Notes: generated from the letters alone by a model not told the origin. DNA of 32,000 bases from an uncultured Clostridia bacterium (GCA_934162365.1 CAKPIK010000001.1:44227-76226); one strand, 5' to 3'; positions 1-8,354 are shown, counted from the stretch's first letter. Numbers and translations: made by a program.

Positions 1-337
1 AAATTGCCTTTGATAAGTGTGCATTGTTTGAATGTTCACTTTTCCCCAAGTATAAGAAATCACTAAAATTATGCTTTACAGCTATTTTATATAAACTATC
101 TTCACAAACTACAGTAGCTCTAACTTTAGTCATTTCTCCTTCTTTTAAATTTTCATAATTATTAAATAAATATTTACTTGATATAAATTCTAATATGCTG
201 TCTCCTAAAAACTCTAATTTTTCATTACTCTGTACATTGTTTTCATATGCATACGATGTATGAGTTAATGCTGTTTTTAGTAATTCTATATTTTTAAATG
301 TATAACCTATCTCTTTTTCAAATTTTTGAAACTCCAT
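1..337 (-). CDS. rnc: Ribonuclease III, N-terminal part (gene runs off the left edge of the window)
   Basis: Not in the ORF track. Minus-strand ATG at 335-337 is preceded by GGAGGTG (344-350). My translation MEFQKFEKEIGYTFKNIELLKTALTHTSYAYENN...NEKLEFLGDSILEF carries the RNase III signature (E-K-LEFLGD-S). The frame stays open to position 1. Confidence 0.8.
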   Translation of the reverse strand, partial: MEFQKFEKEIGYTFKNIELLKTALTHTSYAYENNVQSNEKLEFLGDSILEFISSKYLFNNYENLKEGEMTKVRATVVCEDSLYKIAVKHNFSDFLYLGKSEHSNNAHLSKAI

Positions 338-462
338 TCTTTTCACCTCCATTTAATTTTCATTACATATTATATAACATTTTGAAATTATTGGAAAGAG
401 TTTTGTGGTAAAAATACTTATATTAATAATAAGAAAAGCCTTGATTTTTCTTATGCAATAAC

Positions 463-494
463 AAAAAAATAATCCCATATGGGATTATTTTTTA
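463..494 (-). terminator. Intrinsic (bidirectional-looking) terminator right after the cohesin-like gene
   Basis: Perfect palindrome AAAAAAATAATCCCATATGGGATTATTTTTT. The GC core is CCC/GGG, flanked by an A-run and a T-run. It starts 7 nt past the stop codon at 501-503. Confidence 0.6.
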
Positions 495-500
495 TTATTG

Positions 501-1190
501 TTATATATTTTTATATTTTCTATATGATATATAAGATGCTATTGAAACAGCTCCTAATGCAATTATTGCTATTAACCCTGCATCATTTATACCTGTTTGT
601 GGTAATTTTTTTGTTGAACTATTTTTACTAGTATTGCTAGAAGTATTAGACTTATTACCACTATTACTGGAATTATTATTTCCTGTTGTATTTTTATTGT
701 CATTATTATCAGCAGTTGTATCATCTGCTTTAACAGTAATTGTTACAGAATCATCAGCAATACTAACATTTTCTTGTTCAGAATTTTCATTTACTAAGGC
801 TAATGTTACATTTGATATGTTAATTTGTGTTGTTCCTTCTGCAGCATTATCTAAAACTTTAAATGTTATTGTATATAAAGTTCCTGATTTTGATAAATTT
901 TCATTACTTGATGCTGCTATTGCAATTTCATTACTACCAGACAAATCTGAAAATCCTGTTCCAGCTTGTTTACTTTCTATTTCTAATTTGCTTGTGTCAT
1001 ATTTAAGATTTGCCTTCATTCCTGTTATATTTTCATCTGCTGTTCCTGCAATTGTTATTGTAAATGTTTTTCCTTTTAGAACACTATCAGAACTTGCGCC
1101 AAAAGATATATTCCCTGTTGCTGCATTTACAGTTATAGCCATAGATATAATAAAAATCATTGCTAAAATTGAAATTAAAACTTTTTTCAT
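501..1190 (-). CDS. Secreted cohesin-like domain protein with N/S/T-rich linker and LPQTG cell-wall sorting signal
   Basis: ATG at 1188-1190 follows AGAGAGGT. Signal peptide MKKVLISILAMIFIISMAITVNA. A ~130-aa domain shows a cohesin-like pattern (ITGMKANLKYDTSKLE ... GTLYTITFKVLDNAAEGTTQINISNV). It is followed by a low-complexity N/S/T linker, then LPQTG, a hydrophobic stretch and a RKYK tail. Confidence 0.65.
   Translation of the reverse strand: MKKVLISILAMIFIISMAITVNAATGNISFGASSDSVLKGKTFTITIAGTADENITGMKANLKYDTSKLEIESKQAGTGFSDLSGSNEIAIAASSNENLSKSGTLYTITFKVLDNAAEGTTQINISNVTLALVNENSEQENVSIADDSVTITVKADDTTADNNDNKNTTGNNNSSNSGNKSNTSSNTSKNSSTKKLPQTGINDAGLIAIIALGAVSIASYISYRKYKNI
591..605 (-). other. 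LPQTG sortase recognition motif of the cohesin-like protein
   Basis: The reverse complement of 591-605 is TTACCACAAACAGGT, which reads L-P-Q-T-G. It is followed by INDAGLIAIIALGAVSIASYISY and basic RKYK, the classic tripartite sorting signal. Confidence 0.7.
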
Positions 1191-1217
1191 TTTTTTACCT
1201 CTCTTTTCTTATTTAAT

Positions 1218-1246
1218 AGTATATACATATTGTAAAATAAAATCAA
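1218..1246 (-). promoter_or_regulatory. Candidate sigma-A promoter of the cohesin-like gene
   Basis: The minus strand reads TTGATT-N17-TATACT. It lies downstream of the hairpins that follow the giant gene and about 30 nt upstream of the RBS. Confidence 0.4.
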
Positions 1247-1274
1247 GTTTTTTTAGATTTTTTTTTAGGTATCT

Positions 1275-1325
1275 TTGGGGCAAGTTTTTATGCTTGCCCC
1301 AAGCTAGGGAAATCCAAACCTAGCT
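1275..1325 (-). terminator. Two adjacent GC-rich hairpins downstream of the giant gene (atypical terminator or processing site)
   Basis: Hairpin 1: TTGGGGCAAG (1275-1284) pairs with CTTGCCCCAA (1293-1302). Hairpin 2: AGCTAGG (1302-1308) pairs with CCTAGCT (1319-1325). On the minus-strand RNA there is no U-tract after the second stem, so the terminator call is tentative. Confidence 0.4.
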
Positions 1326-1357
1326 TTATATAATATTTTTATTATATACTTGTGTTA

Positions 1358-4300
1358 TTATAAGTCTTTGATTATACCTAATCTGTAATTATTAATTGCA
1401 ACTATATCAGGTATGAAATCTATTGTTCCATTGTTGTTTATATCTGATGCTAATTTTTGTACAGTAGATAGATTTATTAATCCTAATCTGTAATTATTTG
1501 CCATAATTACGTCTTCTAAGAATGTTACTTTACCATCTCCATTAATATCACCATTAACTACAACAACATATTGTGTTTCTCCGTTTAGTATTATTTCTGA
1601 ACCAGTTCTTATCTTGCCATCTTCTGTTAAGTTTTTGTATTCTGGTACATTGTTTTCTAAGGCTTCTTTATTCATTTTTCCATTTATGCTTTCTAAATTC
1701 ATATTGCCTGAAACCTTAACATATTTTTTACCTTTTACTTGAATTGTTGGTAAGTCTTCAAATATTATCTCTGAAGTTGTTGCTTTTTTAACTACATTAA
1801 ATTCAAGTTTTTGAACTTCACTTGTATTTCCAGATTTATCTGTTGCTTTTGCATATAAAATATGTTTTCCAATACTATTTGATGTCTTAGATGCATTTTG
1901 GCTTCTTACATAGTCTGTTGTTGCTACCCAGTCTTCATTGTCCCATTTATATTCTATTTTTGCATCTTCATCTGTTAATATAGTAGCTCCTAGTGGTTCA
2001 TTAACTGTTACTGTTGTTAAAGTATATCTAAACATAACTGTTGGAGCAGTTGTATCTTTTTCTTCTATATTTGTTACACTTGCTGTAGCTTTTCCAGCAT
2101 TGCCTGCCTTATCTTTAAATTCAAATGTAAATTCTCCATTTTCAGTAAATTTATAAGTATCATTTCCTGAATTATTTGTAATTATTACATCTTCTTCGTT
2201 AAAGCTAATTTTTGCAGTTATACTTCCATCTTCATTTGTTGTATAATCTATTGTTGCTTCTGGTGCAACTTTATCTATGTTTGTTATTTCTAATGTTTTA
2301 TATACTTTATTTCCAGCTAAATCTGTAGCTTCGGCATATACTGTTCCATTTTCAGAAATAATAACTTTTGTTACATCTGCTGATGAAGTTTTACCACTTA
2401 CTCCAGCTTTTCTATTTTCTGTTAAGTTTGTTCCATAAGCTACATTTACTATAACATCTTGATTTGTTAATTCTGTTGTGCTTGCCGTTAAAGTTATCTC
2501 ATCTTTTGTTACTTTAAATCCATTTGTTCTTGCTTCTAAAACATTTCCAGCTAAATCTGTAGCTCTTAAGTATAAATAGTATGTGTTTTCTTCGCCAACT
2601 TCTGTTTTTATTGTTATATCACTATTTACAGTTAATCCACTAATATCTGCTTGGTTCCAACCTGTTTCTGGTAAAGTTTCAGAAGTTGACCAAATATATT
2701 CGAATTTTGATAATTCTTCATTAATTACTATATTTTCAACTAAAGTTGATTTATTGCTGTCAGTAGCAATTACATAATTTCCACCATTTACTTTTGCTCT
2801 TATAATAGGTTTTGTACAATCTATAAATACTTTATTATATGTAACTTTTTCTTTATTTTCATTACCTGCTAAATCCTCACAAACTCCTGAAGAAATTTTT
2901 ATAACTTGCATACCCTCTGCAATTCTATCTACTTTTAATGTATAAACTTTTCCATCTGTATTTGGAACTACTTTGAATTCACCCTTTAATCCATTAGTTA
3001 TTTCTATATCATTTGCTGTAAATCCAGTTACTGTTTCACTCCATGTAAATGTATATGTTACTGTATCTTTATTTGTTCTTTCTACATCTGATGTAATTGT
3101 AACTGTTGGGGCTATTGTATCTGCTATTGCTTCTCCATCTACTTGTATATTACTAAAGTTAAATATGTTCTTTTGATTTCCATATTTATCTTGTACATAT
3201 CCATAGGTTTTATCTGTTAAGCTTTCATCTTCTAAAGTATTTCCTTGTACATCTAATATTGTAAAGTTTCCATTATCTCCATCTTTAACTGTATAATTGA
3301 ATATTACTTCTTTTTTGTTATCATTATTTATTGTTCCAGTAATTTCTTGCTCTTGTCCTTCACCTATTTTAATTTTAATTTTCATGTTTTGATTTGCGAT
3401 ATCTTCGTCAAATACTGCTACTGCTTTAATATTTATATCTTTCTTGCAATATACTCCTTGTGTTGAATCTGAAGTTATATATAATTCTTTTAATTCTGGA
3501 GCTGTTGTATCTGTTGTTTCTTGATAGTATTCATTTCCTGCTCTATCACATAAGTTTCCTTTTGCTAATTCATAGTGTAAAGTTCCATTATCTTTTACTG
3601 GATCTTTTGTAATAACATATGTTATTACTGCTCCTGATACATCTGAAGCTGAAATTTCATTATTAGCTCCCGTTCCAAAACTGTATATTAATTTTGGAGC
3701 ATTTGCAGGTGATAATGATACTCTTGTTTTATCATTCAAATCATATACATCTTCACTGAATGTTGCTTTAACTGTTATTGTTTGATTTGCTTGGTTAAGT
3801 TCTGTATCTTTTAATAATGTTATTGTTGGGTTTATTGTATCTGCATATAAGTTTAATTTAGTAGCTTCTTTTGCAATATTTCCATTTCCAGCTGCATCAG
3901 CAAACTGATCTTCTGGAACTTTTACCCATAAATAGCCATTGTCTCCATCTTTAATCTTATAAGTATATTCAACAGTTGTACTATCTGCATTCCAATTGCT
4001 CTCATAACTATCTTCATTATAATTTGTTGGCTCTTCTGTATCACTTTCTGAAAATCCTACTAAGATTTTTGGGTATATTTTAGCTGAGCTTACTTTCTCG
4101 CTAAATGTTAATGTTATTTTTATATCATTTTCTGCTTTATAATATGGATTTGTATTTTGTACATTTGGATTTTCTACAGTTGCTGTTATATTTGTAACAT
4201 TAGGTCTTATTGTATCTGCAATTATTTTGTTGCCAGTTTGATTAACTGTAAGTATAGCTTTATTTCCAGCTAAATCACATACAAATACATTTTCTTTATT

Positions 4301-6988
4301 TTCATATTTTGTGATTTTAACTTCTCCATTATCTCCTGCATATGTTACAACATCTTCTTCGTTCTTTTCTTCTCCTCTTATTGTGTATGTATATATAAGT
4401 TTTGATTCATCTACTTTTCCATCTGTTGTTCCATATCCTACGAAAATTGCTTCTACTTCATTTGCATTTCCAACACTAACTTTTAATGTTGGTGCACTAG
4501 ACTCAGTTATTTTCTTAATCTCATTATTTTCTAATGCATATACTTTTTCATCATATTTTGCTTCTATTGTTACTATTGTTCCTGCTTTATATGATCCTTC
4601 GCTTGGAGATGTGATATTAAGTTCTTGTAATCTTGGAGCTACTGTATCTGCTATTATTGTGTCTCCATCTAATGTTCTTTTAGCTACTCTTGTAATATTT
4701 CCAGCTTCATCTATTACTGTTCCACTAAATCCTTTTACAGATAAAGTTCCTTCATCTCCACTTGTAATAGTATATGTATATGTTATTTTATTTCCTTCTA
4801 AAGTACCTGTTACTTCTCCTTTAGCATCTCCACTTTCACTAAATTGTAATGTAAGTTTTGGAAGTCCTGTAACATCTTCTTCTAATGATGCAATCTTCTC
4901 ATCAAATGTTGCAACTACAGTTATTGTTTCCCCTATTCTATAATTTTCTTTTACATTACTTATTTCGCTATTCAATACTATTTCTGATGTTGAATAAGCT
5001 TCTAAGCTTAATAATAATGGAGCTTTTTTATCTACTCTTATTATTTTTTCTGTTCTTACATTGCTATGTCCAACTAAATCTTGGCAAGCATCTTGTTCTA
5101 TTATAACTTGTAAATCTCCAACATTTCCATTTGTTACATTAGGAGTGATAATCATTTTATATGAGTATGTTCCATCTTCATTTTCTATAACATCAGATAA
5201 TGTTCCTTTAGTTCCATTATTTACTGTTATTTTATCTGCTGTAAATCCTTCAACTTTTTCAGAGAATGTGAAAATATATTCTATTTCATCTTTATTAGTT
5301 ATAGATTTTACATCCTTTGTATCAATTGTAATCATTGGTGCTGTTGTATCTGCATAAATACTTTCAATTTCTTTCTTTTCTAGTTTAGTTAAATCTGTTT
5401 GATTATTTGCTAAATCTGTTAAACTTCCTGATACAAATTCTATATTTAATTTTCCTTCATCTCCTGGATTTATAATATATGAATATGTCCAAGTTGTTTC
5501 TCCATTTTCGTCAATTACAGCATCTATATGTTTTGCATTTCCTAATGTTGTATTTTCTTGATAATTATATTTTCCTAGTCCACTTTCACTAAAACTTACT
5601 CTTACTTCTGGTGCCATATTAGCTTGAACTTTTTCTGTTGTTTTTACTGTTATTATTATTTCTTTTCCTTCAGGATATCTTTTTGATTCTGTTGCATCTT
5701 CTAAATATGCATTTATATCTACTGAAGGTTTCTTTGTATCAACCTTAATATCTACATTTCCAAAAGATTTACTTGAATTTGAACCTTTTAATTCATTTGC
5801 AGTATCAAAGTTATTTTCTCTTACATCATAATAAACAAATAAGTGTTCATCATTTAAATTTTTTCTAAAATTAATTGTTACATTATTTGATGTAAATTCA
5901 GTATCTGTTTGTTCAACAGTTGCTTCATATACTAAAAAGGTTTTTGGTGTTTTTGTTCCATCTCCATTATCAATTTCTTCTTGAGTAGCACTTACTGGTT
6001 TGAATACTAAACTTCCTAATGAAAGTTTTGGATATATTTCTTCTGCTGCTTTACTTGTTACATTTCCTTCTTCATCTTTTACATCAGCAAGTTTAATTTT
6101 GTTTCCATTTTCTAATCCAGTATATATATATTTATCTATTGATATTTCAAATTTAACTTTATCATTTTCTTGTAAGTATACTGTATTTAAGAAATCTGTT
6201 ATTTCTTTGTAATCTTCTTCACCATGTTTAACATATATTGTTGGATCTAAATTTATAGTATCTGTATTATTTGTTATTTCTACTTTACTTATTTCTTTTG
6301 CTTCGCTTTTTTCAATTCCATTATTTGCATTTTTTCCTGCAATTAGTCCAACGTATTTATTAGCATCTGTTCCTTCTTCTACGTTTGATAATCCTAATGG
6401 CATTTTATTAGCATTGCAATCTTTTATCTTTCCATTATTAACACCAGCGATATTTCCTATATTAAAATAATCGTTGTTAGTTGATACTTTTGCAATTTTT
6501 GAATTATTAACAGTTAATTTTTCAATGTTACCATTTGAAACACCAAATAATCCAATATTTCCATTAGACTCTTTTGTAAGTGTATATGTTAGATTTGTAA
6601 CCGTATATCCATTTCCTTTAAATGTTCCTTGGAACGGTGTATATTCTGTTCCTATTGGAGTCCAATCTACATTACTATTAATCTTTATATCATTTATTAA
6701 TTCAATAACTTTGCCATAGCATGAATTTCCTGCATTTACGTATTCAGCTAAAGCTCTTAATTGAATTTCGTTAACTATATATAATGTAGTTTTTGATTTA
6801 AAGTGCTCTTCTATTTTTCTTACTGCACTTCCAACCTCACCATACATTAATATTTCTAAAGCAGTACTAGCTTGTAAGGTTAAACCTTCTACCGCATATG
6901 TAAAGCTTGATGAAATAAAAATTAAGCTTAATGCAATTAAAACTCCTTTCATTAAAATTGCTTGCATCTTTTTTGTTTTGGATTTCAT
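1358..6988 (-). CDS. Giant secreted surface protein: GLUG/beta-helix-like N-terminal module, about 12 tandem Ig-like modules, C-terminal dockerin
   Basis: I place the start at ATG 6986-6988 (MKSKTKKMQAILMKGVLIALSLIFISSSFTYA signal peptide, AAGAGG RBS). The track start at 7120 lies inside the upstream terminator. N-terminal module motifs: FQGTFKGNGYTVTNL, NIGLFGVSNGNIEKL, IGNIAGVNNGKIKDC. Module boundaries recur as ADT(T/I/V)AP. D-x-AGN motifs are present and a dockerin closes the protein. Confidence 0.8.
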   Translation of the reverse strand: MKSKTKKMQAILMKGVLIALSLIFISSSFTYAVEGLTLQASTALEILMYGEVGSAVRKIEEHFKSKTTLYIVNEIQLRALAEYVNAGNSCYGKVIELINDIKINSNVDWTPIGTEYTPFQGTFKGNGYTVTNLTYTLTKESNGNIGLFGVSNGNIEKLTVNNSKIAKVSTNNDYFNIGNIAGVNNGKIKDCNANKMPLGLSNVEEGTDANKYVGLIAGKNANNGIEKSEAKEISKVEITNNTDTINLDPTIYVKHGEEDYKEITDFLNTVYLQENDKVKFEISIDKYIYTGLENGNKIKLADVKDEEGNVTSKAAEEIYPKLSLGSLVFKPVSATQEEIDNGDGTKTPKTFLVYEATVEQTDTEFTSNNVTINFRKNLNDEHLFVYYDVRENNFDTANELKGSNSSKSFGNVDIKVDTKKPSVDINAYLEDATESKRYPEGKEIIITVKTTEKVQANMAPEVRVSFSESGLGKYNYQENTTLGNAKHIDAVIDENGETTWTYSYIINPGDEGKLNIEFVSGSLTDLANNQTDLTKLEKKEIESIYADTTAPMITIDTKDVKSITNKDEIEYIFTFSEKVEGFTADKITVNNGTKGTLSDVIENEDGTYSYKMIITPNVTNGNVGDLQVIIEQDACQDLVGHSNVRTEKIIRVDKKAPLLLSLEAYSTSEIVLNSEISNVKENYRIGETITVVATFDEKIASLEEDVTGLPKLTLQFSESGDAKGEVTGTLEGNKITYTYTITSGDEGTLSVKGFSGTVIDEAGNITRVAKRTLDGDTIIADTVAPRLQELNITSPSEGSYKAGTIVTIEAKYDEKVYALENNEIKKITESSAPTLKVSVGNANEVEAIFVGYGTTDGKVDESKLIYTYTIRGEEKNEEDVVTYAGDNGEVKITKYENKENVFVCDLAGNKAILTVNQTGNKIIADTIRPNVTNITATVENPNVQNTNPYYKAENDIKITLTFSEKVSSAKIYPKILVGFSESDTEEPTNYNEDSYESNWNADSTTVEYTYKIKDGDNGYLWVKVPEDQFADAAGNGNIAKEATKLNLYADTINPTITLLKDTELNQANQTITVKATFSEDVYDLNDKTRVSLSPANAPKLIYSFGTGANNEISASDVSGAVITYVITKDPVKDNGTLHYELAKGNLCDRAGNEYYQETTDTTAPELKELYITSDSTQGVYCKKDINIKAVAVFDEDIANQNMKIKIKIGEGQEQEITGTINNDNKKEVIFNYTVKDGDNGNFTILDVQGNTLEDESLTDKTYGYVQDKYGNQKNIFNFSNIQVDGEAIADTIAPTVTITSDVERTNKDTVTYTFTWSETVTGFTANDIEITNGLKGEFKVVPNTDGKVYTLKVDRIAEGMQVIKISSGVCEDLAGNENKEKVTYNKVFIDCTKPIIRAKVNGGNYVIATDSNKSTLVENIVINEELSKFEYIWSTSETLPETGWNQADISGLTVNSDITIKTEVGEENTYYLYLRATDLAGNVLEARTNGFKVTKDEITLTASTTELTNQDVIVNVAYGTNLTENRKAGVSGKTSSADVTKVIISENGTVYAEATDLAGNKVYKTLEITNIDKVAPEATIDYTTNEDGSITAKISFNEEDVIITNNSGNDTYKFTENGEFTFEFKDKAGNAGKATASVTNIEEKDTTAPTVMFRYTLTTVTVNEPLGATILTDEDAKIEYKWDNEDWVATTDYVRSQNASKTSNSIGKHILYAKATDKSGNTSEVQKLEFNVVKKATTSEIIFEDLPTIQVKGKKYVKVSGNMNLESINGKMNKEALENNVPEYKNLTEDGKIRTGSEIILNGETQYVVVVNGDINGDGKVTFLEDVIMANNYRLGLINLSTVQKLASDINNNGTIDFIPDIVAINNYRLGIIKDL
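1361..1558 (-). other. Dockerin module (two Ca-binding loop-helix repeats)
   Basis: C-terminal 66 aa: VNGDINGDGKVTFLEDVIMANNYRLGLI ... ASDINNNGTIDFIPDIVAINNYRLGII. Both halves have the D-x-N-x-(D/N)-G-x-(V/I)-x-x-x-D spacing of dockerin F-hand loops. Confidence 0.7.
1787..5743 (-). repeat. Protein-level tandem array of divergent Ig-like modules inside the giant gene
   Basis: Boundary motifs, by ORF-track residue number: VDTKKPS(460), YADTTAP(589), VDKKAPL(696), IADTVAP(823), IADTIRP(967), YADTINP(1092), TTDTTAP(1202), IADTIAP(1332), IDCTKPI(1433), IDKVAPE(1615), KDTTAPT(1688). Spacing is about 75-145 aa. Confidence 0.6.
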
Positions 6989-7046
6989 AATAAGATACCT
7001 CTTTCTTTCGATTTTCATTCGAATAAATTTTATTATACTTAATTTT

Positions 7047-7074
7047 ATTATAAATTCTTTTACAAAAAAATCAA
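7047..7074 (-). promoter_or_regulatory. Candidate sigma-A promoter of the giant surface-protein gene
   Basis: The minus strand reads TTGATT-N16-TATAAT. It lies between the upstream terminator (7106-7154) and the ATG at 6988. Confidence 0.35.
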
Positions 7075-7105
7075 TACTGAAAATTTTGGTAATTTTTATT
7101 ATTAC

Positions 7106-7154
7106 AAAAAAAATCGACAAAACTTTTTACGGAAATAGTTTTATCGATTTTTTT
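7106..7154 (-). terminator. Intrinsic terminator after the AI-2E transporter gene
   Basis: The minus-strand RNA pairs UCGAUAAAACU with AGUUUUGUCGA (11 bp including one G-U), with a 12-nt loop. A run of 8 U follows. Confidence 0.65.
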
Positions 7155-7226
7155 AAACTTAAATATTAAATTTGTATTACATTTATGTAATAATATTTTA
7201 TTTATCATTTTTAGTATACATAATTT

Positions 7227-8354
7227 CTATATTGTATACTTTCTTTTTTCTTGTTTATATTCTAAATAATCATTTATTATTAATTTTAGCATTGCAATTA
7301 CAGGTACAGCTAAGAACATTCCTAATACTCCAAAGTAAGCTCCTGCAAAGGTTACAGAGAAGATTACTAATATTGGGCTTATTTTAAGTTTGTCTCCTAA
7401 TATCTTAGGATTAATAATATTTGCATCTATTTGTTGTAATATTATAACTACTATTGCAAGCCATATAGCTTTGCTAATTCCACCTGTACATATTGTTATA
7501 AATATTGCAATCGCAACGGCTACAATGGCTCCAAAGAATGGTATTAAGTTAAATAATCCAATCATAAATCCTAAAAGTGCTGCATACTTAACTTTCATTA
7601 TTGCCATTGCTATCGTTGTAATAACCCCAACTATAACTGCATCTATAATTTGTCCTGATATAAAGTTAAAGAATATTTCATTTGTTCTCTTAAAGTATTT
7701 TGAAACAACTTTATATTTGTCTTCTTTAAATAAAGCTAATCCAACTCTTTTTAAAAAGCCTAATATCTTTTCTCTTTCTGCTAGAGTATATATAGATATT
7801 ATTAAAGTTACAAAAACATCAAATATACCAGATGCTACGCTTATTGCTCCTTTTATATAGCTTGTTATACTTTCTATGCTTAAATATTTAGCTAAATCAA
7901 TACTTGAAATTTGATTTATAATTTCTTGCAGATTTAGCTTCTGCAAAGTTGCATCTTCTGGAAGACTATTAACAAAATTCGTAAGTCCTGAATAATAGCC
8001 AGGTAAATTGTTTAATAGATCTCCAACACTCACAATTATTGGTGGCAATATAACATTTATTAATATAAACAAAATAATTGCCAAAATTAAATAACATGTA
8101 AATATTGATAAAGTTCTTGATTTCTTCTTTAATATTTTAAGCTTTGTGTTCTTAAAGCATTCTTCTATCTTTTTACATGGAATATATAATATATATGCAA
8201 TTAAAATTCCCATTATAAATGGCATTAATATTCCTATTAAATTCGATAAAAATTCTCCTATTGCAGTAAAATTATCTAAGAATTTATAAATTACTATTAC
8301 TGCCACAGCTAAAGAAAACCAGTATAACCATTTTTTTATATTGTTACTTTTCAT
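7227..8354 (-). CDS. AI-2E family (PerM/UPF0118) membrane transporter
   Basis: Polytopic membrane protein with family-typical C-terminal segments (LIPFFGAIVAVAIAIFI, NIINPKILGDKLKISPILVIFSVTFAGAYFGVLGMFLAVPV). I chose the start at ATG 8352-8354 (MKSNNIKK) because AGGAG precedes it and the xth stop is at 8365. Confidence 0.8.
   Translation of the reverse strand: MKSNNIKKWLYWFSLAVAVIVIYKFLDNFTAIGEFLSNLIGILMPFIMGILIAYILYIPCKKIEECFKNTKLKILKKKSRTLSIFTCYLILAIILFILINVILPPIIVSVGDLLNNLPGYYSGLTNFVNSLPEDATLQKLNLQEIINQISSIDLAKYLSIESITSYIKGAISVASGIFDVFVTLIISIYTLAEREKILGFLKRVGLALFKEDKYKVVSKYFKRTNEIFFNFISGQIIDAVIVGVITTIAMAIMKVKYAALLGFMIGLFNLIPFFGAIVAVAIAIFITICTGGISKAIWLAIVVIILQQIDANIINPKILGDKLKISPILVIFSVTFAGAYFGVLGMFLAVPVIAMLKLIINDYLEYKQEKRKYTI

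Noticed and set aside
606-730. N/S/T-rich coding stretch of the cohesin-like gene, considered as a possible phase-variable microsatellite.
   Set aside because: Read at the DNA level, the codons are heterogeneous (AAT/AAC/AGT/TCT/ACT mixes) with no perfect tandem unit. It looks like an ordinary low-complexity stalk or linker.
634-1323. 229-aa plus-strand ORF exactly mirroring the cohesin-like gene. Similar long plus-strand ORFs lie at 4311-4943, 7390-7860, 15023-15400, 17904-18731 and 22213-22503.
   Set aside because: All lie antisense to well-supported minus-strand genes. They lack an RBS and encode low-complexity L/F/S/I-rich strings, as expected from the reverse complement of AT-rich K/N/E/I codons. 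I consider them spurious.
6989-7120. 44-aa N-terminal extension of the giant ORF (track start at 7120, MSIFFVIIKITKIF...).
   Set aside because: The extension overlaps the left arm of the upstream terminator hairpin (7106-7154) and spans the candidate promoter. It has no RBS. The internal ATG at 6988 has an AAGAGG RBS and begins a textbook signal peptide.
6989-7226. Looked for a c-di-GMP riboswitch or other structured leader upstream of the giant adhesin gene, because a GGDEF protein is nearby.
   Set aside because: Apart from the terminator hairpin, the region is almost pure A/T. It has no GC-rich conserved helices resembling GEMM-I or GEMM-II, and the leader from the candidate promoter is short.
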